Source: Macrostomum lignano (taxonomy: Eukaryota). From it: a DNA stretch of 64,000 nucleotides. The number at the start of each line of letters is the position of its first letter. The stretch's first letter is position 1. The stretch covers positions 83,155-147,154 of the forward strand of contig NIVC01002279.1 of NCBI GenBank assembly GCA_002269645.1, written 5' to 3'. Shown here piece by piece: positions 52,801-61,800 of the stretch. The notes under the pieces were generated by a model. The model had not been told where the DNA came from and ran no database searches. It worked only from the letters and a program-made list of their open reading frames with translations. Both the position numbers and the translations under genes were made by a program.

Positions 52801-55800
52801 GCTCTCAGCTCATCCCCCTTTCATCTGTCATATTTACTGTCTTATGTGTTCTCTCATTCTGTCCTCTGTACTCTTTTCTTTCACCTCTTTTGTCTCCTCA
52901 CTTTCCTTTCTCCTTTCTTCTATTCTCTTCTCTTCCCTCTTCTATATACTCTCCCTCTCTTGTCTCGTCTCTTCTCTCTCCACTCTCCTCCTTTATCTCT
53001 CATCTCTCATTTCTCATCTCTCCTTACACCTCTCTCATCTGTACAACCTTATCTCTTCTCTCTTCCATTTACTCTCTCATCTCTCCCTTCTCCTCTTTAC
53101 TAACTCCTATCTGCTCTTCTCTCTGCTCTCCTCTCATCTGCAGCTCTCTGCTCTCTCCTCTCTACTCGCTCCTCTACTCTCTTCTCTCCACTCGCTACTC
53201 TACTCTCTCCTCTCTACTCGCTCCTCTCTACTCTCTCCTCTCACTCCCTCATCTCTCCTATTATCTTTTATCTTTATCTTATTCCCTCTCTCACCTCTCC
53301 TCTCTTTTCGAATAGTCTATTCCTTCTTCTCTCCACTCTCAACTGCCCCTCAGCCATAAGCTGGATTCTTTTCTGGCCTTTGAAGTAAAAGTCTGCCCAT
53401 TCCTGCTTGGAAAGCCAGTTTGTGGGACGTAGTACTCTCATGGCTGTTCTCATGCTTTGATCATGTCATCTTTCTTGCCAATTTGCAAGCCCTGAAAATA
53501 ATTTGTGTATCTTTAGCTCCACTGCAGTCTGCGTCAGTCTAACAACAAAGGAAATGCGCATTTCTTAGGAGGCCATTTAAATTTTAAAGTACCTTTAAGA
53601 GAAACCTTAAATTTCCATGGTGTGACTAATTTAGTAGGGTTGTATACTTGTATTGGATTGCATTTGCATCGCCTTTTCATAAATCTTTCGCTTTTACAAA
53701 CCATGCTGGATTCCCTCGATTTGCCATCCACTGTTAAACTGCTGCAGAGTTTTCCAATACAGACGACAGTGGTTAGAATTTCTCACTAAACTGTCATGGC
53801 TAAACGTAGCCTCTCCACGCGCGGGGGTACAGAGAAGGCTATTAAAAAGTTATTCCAAAACACTGTACATTTGCTATGTACATTCAGCCCTATCGCCTGA
53901 CCCTTCGTCTGGGCTGGGGGAATGAGTGAGTGAGCGGCACAAACAACAGAAAAAGCAGACAAACTTCACATGCTCACATGCTTACAGTTTCTTTTTCGGT
54001 TGAGTTACAGAGTTGAAACTTTACATTTAGATAGAGAATGAGTCAATGAAGAATTGTGTCAAGTTTGAAGTCAATCACTTTGCGTGGAGCAAACTTATGG
54101 CAGCTGAAAGTTAGTCAATTTTGAAACCCTTTTACACATCTGGGCCCAGATCGGGAAAGAGAGGCAGGCGGGCGGAGGTTGGGCTGGTTGCTACGCTGAA
54201 AAAACAGCCTAACTTTAAAAGTGCACAGCGGCTTTCAGGATTAACTTTGAGATTTGAAATTTTACACGATTGTGTCAAAATAGTTGAAAATTGCCTGTGT
54301 CAAATTTGAAGAGAATCGGTAGAAGTGGAGCGGCGCTATGGAGGATTTAGTGAAAAAATCGCGCATTTTGAGCAGTTTTTTGTACTTTTAGGTAGGAAGA
54401 CTTGAGTCTAGGAAATTTAAAGGTAGCCTAAGACATTCTCCGTAGTGAGTTTAGGGTGGGTGTAAAATTTGGTGTCATTTGGTTGAGCGGTTTGGGAGTC
54501 CATAGCGATCAAAATTGTCCACACACAGACAGAGTTTTGACTTTTATAGGTAGAGATAGATGATTTAAACTGACTGTTCGCGCCTGTTTCTGTTGCTAGG
54601 TCCGGCTCTTCGACAAGCAGGGTAAGCCGCAGCTCAGTTCGCGCACTTTCGAATATCAGCTGGGCCTGCTCAGACTGCTGCACATTCTCACGGCCGCGTC
54701 TGCCGATCGGATCCGACCCGAACCGGCCTTAGTGCAGTTGCTATGGCAACGTTGCGACGCTTTGCTAGCCGGATTTCAAGCCGACCCGGGCGCCTGCAAA
54801 AACGACGTACTTTGCAATCGGCCCGACGTGCTACTGACTGCGCCAATGTATTCCGCCTACTGCCAGGAGGCCCTCTGCGTGCTGCGACTGTTTGCCAATT
54901 CGGGCGTCTGGCGGCCGCTCCTCCTTGGCGAGGCCCGTCGACGCCTAGTCGATCTGGCCGACGCTCTGGACTCTGGCAAAGCGTCGAAGGCTTTTCCTCG
55001 CGGCCTGAGCCTGGCCTGTCTAGTCTGCGACCTGGAGCCCAGGGTCTACGTTGGCAGCCTAATCTACCTCGGCGCTTCAGCCGACGCCGACGCAGCCGAC
55101 GATGAGGCCGATATCGACGACGACGCGGAAGCCTCCGACGTTGGCCTGGCCGTGGTTCAGCAAATCTCCAATGGCGGTCAGTTGACTTTGTCGAAGGCGA
55201 CCTCAACGTCGGCGGCGGCTGCTGCTGCGATCCGGCTGAAACTCGACGCCTTGCCGGCCGGCGCCACCCGCGGTGTTCAATTGGACGCTGAGACTCTCCG
55301 AGCTCTCTTCGTTGACAATCCTGACGGTGCCGATGCATTGAGCCGCATTGTTGAACGCTTGGTACTGAAGTCGGCTAGAAATGGACCGATAGAAAAAGAA
55401 GAATCCGAAGAACTCGATGAAACTGCGGCTTCCACGTCGCTGCTAGTTGAATCTTTTATTGCTCGGGCGCTACTGACCCTGGGCGAGCGTCTGCAGGCTG
55501 GCTGGCTCGGCTGGCTTGGCGACTCCTTATCAAAGTATCGCCAGCTCCTCTCCGTGGCCGTCCAGCCCAGCCGCCTGCGGCCCGGCTACTCCGCCGTCGA
55601 GATCGACTCGGCCATTGTGAACCACGAGCATTATCTATTGGCCTCGCTGAACTGCCGTCGGCAGGACGACGGTGGCAACCAGATGGCGCTGCCGCCGCAG
55701 GCGACGATACCAAAATCCACCGGCCTGACAGCGTCGGCCTCGTCGACGGCGGTGTCCGCAGCGACGTCCGTCGATCGCCGCCTGCTGAACGTGGCATCCG

Positions 55801-58800
55801 CGCCGGCCTTCGGCTCGTCGACAGGCGGCGAAGATCGACAACGCCAGCATCGTCGACAGCGTCGGCAGCATCCTCGGCATGGCGAAGACAGTCGACGCCG
55901 TCGCGAGCAGCGTCGGGGACGACAATCTGGCAGCGACGGGAAGCCGACTGGCGGCGGCTCGCCGTCGTTTGTCCTGCCGTTGCAGCTGGCCCCAGTGCTA
56001 GAGATGGGATTCCCTCAGCGGGCAATTCAACGCGCCATCGCGGCGCTCGGCCGATCGTTCGGCAGCCGGCTGACCCGCGGCGGAGACCAGCAGCTGCCGA
56101 GCTGCGACGCCGTAGTTGAATGGCTGATAGAAAACCCCGAATCGGGGACCGGCGACGGCGTCGGCAGCGATGGAGGCGACGCTACGCCTACTGAGCAGCG
56201 AGCGCCTTCGATCTGCTCAACTGATGATGATGACAACGACGATGATGATCTTGACGGTGAGGAAGACGACGATGAGGATGACGAGAACTGGATCAGCGCC
56301 GACTCAAGCGGAGCTAGCGGCTCCGGCAGCTACAAGACAATCGGCGATTTTCCTACAATAGACGAATACGCCAGCTACGTTAAGTCGTTGGTTCGAGTCG
56401 GATCGCGTGTCCGCTGCCTGCGCGACTACCAAGGCGTTGTTCGGGCCGGCGACGTCGGCCAGGTGGTGTCGATCGATTGCGACGATCTGCACGATTTGAA
56501 TGTGCGCGTCGCCTGGCACCGCGGCGGTGGTGGCGGCGGCGGCAGCGAGGATCCGCCGCAGCCGCCTGTAGTTTACTGGGCTCGATTCGCCCAGCTGGAG
56601 CTGCTGCCGTCAAGGAGTAGAGCTGCGGCTCGAAGCGGAGAAGACGCCGATGGAGAACGGTTCGGTCGGGGCGAACGCGACCATGGTGGCGACGATTCAA
56701 CCGCTGGTCGGCAGCGCCGATCTCTGACCCGCTCTGCCGCCTTGAAAGTTGGCGATCGGGTGCAGGTGAGCGCTGCGTCCGTTTCTTTAAGGGGGCCGCC
56801 CCTCCCTCACAGCTCCGATGCTTTAAGGGGGCCGCCCCTCCCTCACAGCTCCGATGCTTTAAGGGGGCCGCCCCTCCCTCACAGCTCCGATGCTTTAAGG
56901 GGGCCGCCCCTCCCTCACAGCTCCGATGCTTTAATGGGGCCGCCCCTCCCTCACTCCGTTTCTTTAAGGGGGCCGCCCCTCCCTCACTCCGATGCTTTAA
57001 GGGGGCCGCCCCTCCCTCACTCCGTTTCTTTAAGGGGGCCGCCCCTCCCTCACTCCGATGCTTTAAGGGGGCCGCCCCTCCCTCACTCCGATGCTTTAAT
57101 GGGGCCGCCCCTCCCTCACTCCGATGCTTTAAGGGGGCCGCCCCTCCCTCACTCCGATGCTTTAATGGGGCCGCCCCTCCCTCACTCCGATGCTTTAATG
57201 GGGCCGCCCCTCCCTCACTCCGTTTCTTTAAGGGGGCCGCCCCTCCCTCACTCCAATGCTTTAAGGGGGCCGCCCCTCCCTCACAGCTCCGATGCTTTAA
57301 GGGGGCCGCCCCTCCCTCACATCTCCGATGCTTTAAGGGGGCCGCCCCTCCCTCACTCCGATGCTTTAATGGGGCCGCCCCTCCCTCACTCCGATGCTTT
57401 AAGGGGGCCGCCCCTCCCTCACTCCGATGCTTTAATGGGGCCGCCCCTCCCTCACTCCGATGCTTTAAGGGGGCCGCCCCTCCCTCACTCCGTTTCTTTA
57501 AGGGGGCCGCCTCTCCCTCACTCCGTTTCTTTAAGGGGGCCGCCCCTCCCTCACTCCGATGCTTTAAGGGGGCCGCCCCTCCCTCACTCCGATGCTTTAA
57601 GGGAGCCGCCCCTCCCTCACTCCGATGCTTTAAGGGGGCCGCCCCTCCCTCACTCCGATGCTTTAAGGGGGCCGCCCCTCCCTCACTCCGATGCTTTAAG
57701 GGGGCCGCCCCTCCCTCACATCTCCGATGCTTTAAGGGGGCCGCCCCTCCCTCACTCCGATGCTTTAATGGGGCCGCCCCTCCCTCACTCCGATGCTTTA
57801 AGGGGGCCGCCCCTCCCTCACTCCGATGCTTTAATGGGGCCGCCCCTCCCTCACTCCGATGCTTTAAGGGGGCCGCCCCTCCCTCACTCCGTTTCTTTAA
57901 GGGGGCCGCCCCTCCCTCACTCCGTTTCTTTAAGGGGGCCGCCCCTCCCTCACTCCGTTTCTTTAAGGGGGCCGCCCCTCCCTCACTCCGATGCTTTAAT
58001 GGGGCCGCCCCTCCCTCACTCCGTTTCTTTAAGGGGGCCGCCCCTCCCTCACCCCGATGCTTTAATGGGCCGCCCCTCCCTCACTCCGATGCTTTAAGGG
58101 GGCCGCCCCTCCCTCACAGCTCCGATGCTTTAAGGGGGCCGCCCCTCCCTCACTCCGATGCTTTAATGGGGCCGCCCCTCCCTCACATCTCCGATGCTTT
58201 AAGGGGGCCGCCCCTCCCTCACATCTCCGATGCTTTAAGGGGGCCGCCCCTCCCTCACTCCGATGCTTTAATGGGGCCGCCCCTCCCTCACTCCGATGCT
58301 TTAATGGGGCCGCCCCTCCCTCACTCCGATGCTTTAAGGGGGCCGCCCCTCCCTCACTCCGTTTCTTTAAGGGGGCCGCCCCTCCCTCACTCCGATGCTT
58401 TAAGGGGGCCGCCCCTCCCTCACTCCGATGCTTTAAGGGAGCCGCCCCTCCCTCACTCCGATGCTTTAATGGGGCCGCCCCTCCCTCACTCCGTTTCTTT
58501 AAGGGGGCCGCCCCTCCCTCACCCCGATGCTTTAATGGGGCCGCCCCTCCCTCACTCCGATGCTTTAAGGGGGCCGCCCCTCCCTCACAGCTCCGATGCT
58601 TTAAGGGGGCCGCCCCTCCCTCACTCCGATGCTTTAAGGGGGCCGCCCCTCCCTCACATCTCCGATGCTTTAAGGGGGCCGCCCCTCCCTCACTCCGATG
58701 CTTTAATGGGGCCGCCCCTCCCTCACTCCGATGCTTTAATGGGGCCGCCCCTCCCTCACTCCGATGCTTTAAGGGGGCCGCCCCTCCCTCACTCCGTTTC

Positions 58801-61800
58801 TTTAAGGGGGCCGCCCCTCCCTCACTCCGTTTCTTTAAGGGGGCCGCCCCTCCCTCACTCCGATGCTTTAAGGGGGCCGCCCCTCCCTCACTCCGATGCT
58901 TTAAGGGAGCCGCCCCTCCCTCACTCCGATGCTTTAAGGGGGCCGCCCCTCCCTCACTCCGATGCTTTAAGGGGGCCGCCCCTCCCTCACTCCGATGCTT
59001 TAAGGGGGCCGCCCCTCCCTCACATCTCCGATGCTTTAAGGGGGCCGCCCCTCCCTCACATCTCCGATGCTTTAAGGGGGCCGCCCCTCCCTCACTCCGA
59101 TGCTTTAAGGGGGCCGCCCCTCCCTCACTCCGATGCTTTAATGGGGCCGCCCCTCCCTCACTCCGATGCTTTAAGGGGGCCGCCCCTCCCTCACTCCGTT
59201 TCTTTAAGGGGCCGCCCCTCCCTCACTCCGTTTCTTTAAGGGGCCGCCCCTCCCTCACTCCGTTTCTTTAAGGGGGCCGCCCCTCCCTCACTCCGTTTCT
59301 TTAAGGGGCCGCCCCTCCCTCACTCCGATGCTTTAATGGGGCCGCCCCTCCCTCACTCCGTTTCTTTAAGGGGGCCGCCCCTCCCTCACTCCGATGCTTT
59401 AATGGGGCCGCCCCTCCCTCACTCCGTTTCTTTAAGGGGGCCGCCCCTCCCTCACTCCGATGCTTTAATGGGGCCGCCCCTCCCTCACTCCGTTTCTTTA
59501 AGGGGGCCGCCCCTCCCTCACTTCGATTCATCAGAAAAAAGTTTTCAATAAAATTCCCCTAAAAAATCTGCAGGTCCGACCCGAGATCGCGAATCCCCGC
59601 TACCGCTGGGGAAGCGTCACCCCAGCCAGCGTTGGCGTCCTGGTCACCCTGTGCGGCCAGCCCGCAAGCCAGCCCGAAGCCATTGTTGATTTTCCCGAGC
59701 ACCGCGGCTGGCGCTGCCTACAGTCGGAGCTGACCGTCGTCCCGGCCGCCTGTCACGCCGGCTACTCCTGCGTCGACTGTTGGACTGCGCCGATTCGCGG
59801 CTGTCGCTACGCCTGCCGAGTTTGCCCGGATTTCAACCTGTGCGAGGCCTGCTACCTGGGCGGCCAATCTGGCCACCAGCCTGGTCACGAATTTCATGTC
59901 ATAGCCTCGCCTGATGCTTCACCGGTGAGTCTTGGTTCACTTCCGGTGTGTGGTTGATTCGGCATGGTCTTTGTCAGTTTGAGTCTTGGTTCACTTCCGG
60001 TGTGTGGTTGATTCGGTATGGTCTTTGTCAGTTTGAGTCTTGGTTCACTTCCGGTGTGTGGTTGATTCGGCATGGTCTTTGTCAGTTTGAGTCTTGGTTC
60101 ACTTCCGGTGTGTGGTTGATTCGGTATGGTCTTTGTCAGTTTGAGTCTTGATTCACTTCCGGTGTGTGGTTGATTCGGTATGGTCTTTTTCAGATTGAGT
60201 CTTGGTTCACTTCGGGTGTGTGGTTGATTCCGTATGGTCTTTGTTAGTTCAAATAGTTTTTGTTTACATTTTAAAACTCGCCCATCCGTGCCAGGTGCGC
60301 GCCGGCTCGTGTGCGACTCAACGCGACGCTACAGCCGCCTCCGATGTTGGAGGCGCTGCTGCCGCAACAGCCGCAGCCGCAGGCGCCGATCCTGTCGCTG
60401 GTCGTCGGCGTCGACTGCGCAGCAACCGCAAACGCCGCTCCCACTGGGGCTACTGCGTCAAGCAGGTGACGGTGTCAAGCCGTGGCGACCTCGTGCGTCG
60501 AATGCTCGGCGACTCCAGGGCTGCTGGCGGCGGAGGCTGCTGGCGCAGTGCCGCCAAGACCTCAGGCGCCAGGCATTGGATTCGACTAGAGATGAACGAG
60601 GAAATCGTCATCGATCGGCTGTCTATCAAGGTGAAAATTTGCACTTGATTTGAAGTGATTGAACTGATGGGTCACGGGCGCATCAGTTGAGTTGTAGAAT
60701 TGTCAGAGTCGTTGTGTTAGTGTTTTACTCTCTCTACTAACTCAAGTAGACTAAATAGAGTTGTTATTAAAAGCGAAATATGATTTTAATTCATTAAGTG
60801 ACGCAGATGCGTTTTAGACGTGACTCGGTGGTTCTACAGCGACTCTGGCACGCCTCAGATACGACTCTGCGGCCCCAGAGTCACCCGCGTCACCCCAGAG
60901 TCACTTGCATCGCCCCAGAGTCACTTGCGTCACCCCAGAGTCACTTGCGTCACCCCAGAGTCACTTGCATCACCCCAGAGTCACTTGCGTCGCCCCAGAG
61001 TCACTTGCATCGCCCCAGAGTCACTTGCGTCACCCCAGAGTCACTTGCATCACCCCAGAGTCACCTGCGTCGCCCCAGAGTCACTTGCATCGCCCCAGAG
61101 TCACTTGCATCGCCCCAGAGTCACTTGCGTCACCCCAGAGTCACTTGCGTCGCCCCAGAGTCACCTGCGTCGCCCCAGAGTCACTTGCATCGCCTCAGAG
61201 TCACTTGCGTCACCCCAGAGTCACCTGCGTCACCCCAGAGTCACTTGCGTCACCCCAGAGTCACCTGCGTCGCCCCAGAGTCACTTGCATCGCCCCAGAG
61301 TCACTTGCGTCACCCCAGAGTCACCTGCGTCACCCCAGAGTCACTTGCGTCGCCCCAGAGTCACCTGCGTCGCCCCAGAGTCACTTGCATCGCCTCAGAG
61401 TCACTTGCGTCACCCCAGAGTCACCTGCGTCACCCCAGAGTCACTTGCGTCACCCCAGAGTCACCTGCGTCACCCCAGAGTCACTTGCGTCACCCCAGAG
61501 TCACCTGCGTCACCCCAGAGTCACTTGCGTCACCCAGAGTCACTTGCATCGCCCAGAGTTTTTTTAAAGTCGCAGACAATAAAACGCCTCAAATTGACTC
61601 TTAGGCGACTCTTCAAGGACTTTTTGACTCTTTGTACCGTGACATCTCGTCGTTTTAGTAGAGTCGTCTAGAGTCACTTCTTTCCTATTTTATTGATACC
61701 TGTGTTATCTGCAACGACTTTGGGGCCTAGGTGCCTTTTTCGTCGCTGTGTACACTTTGCATGAGTGCGTGCTCGAGAATCAGCGCAATGTGCATAACTT

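Noticed and set aside
41331-53359. Many Ser/Leu/Phe-rich (plus) and Arg/Glu-rich (minus) ORFs
   Set aside because: By-products of CT-rich tracts in the repeated elements.
56766-59551. [10 protein letters not shown]-repeat extension of the 1121-aa ORF and the 357-aa ORF
   Set aside because: Lies between a consensus donor (CAG|GTGAGC, 56766) and an acceptor (59573) that join HERC2 LKVGDRVQ to [13 protein letters not shown] in frame; intronic 33-bp minisatellite.
60798-61671. [20 protein letters not shown] repeat ORFs
   Set aside because: 20-bp tandem array in a HERC2 intron; open in all three frames.
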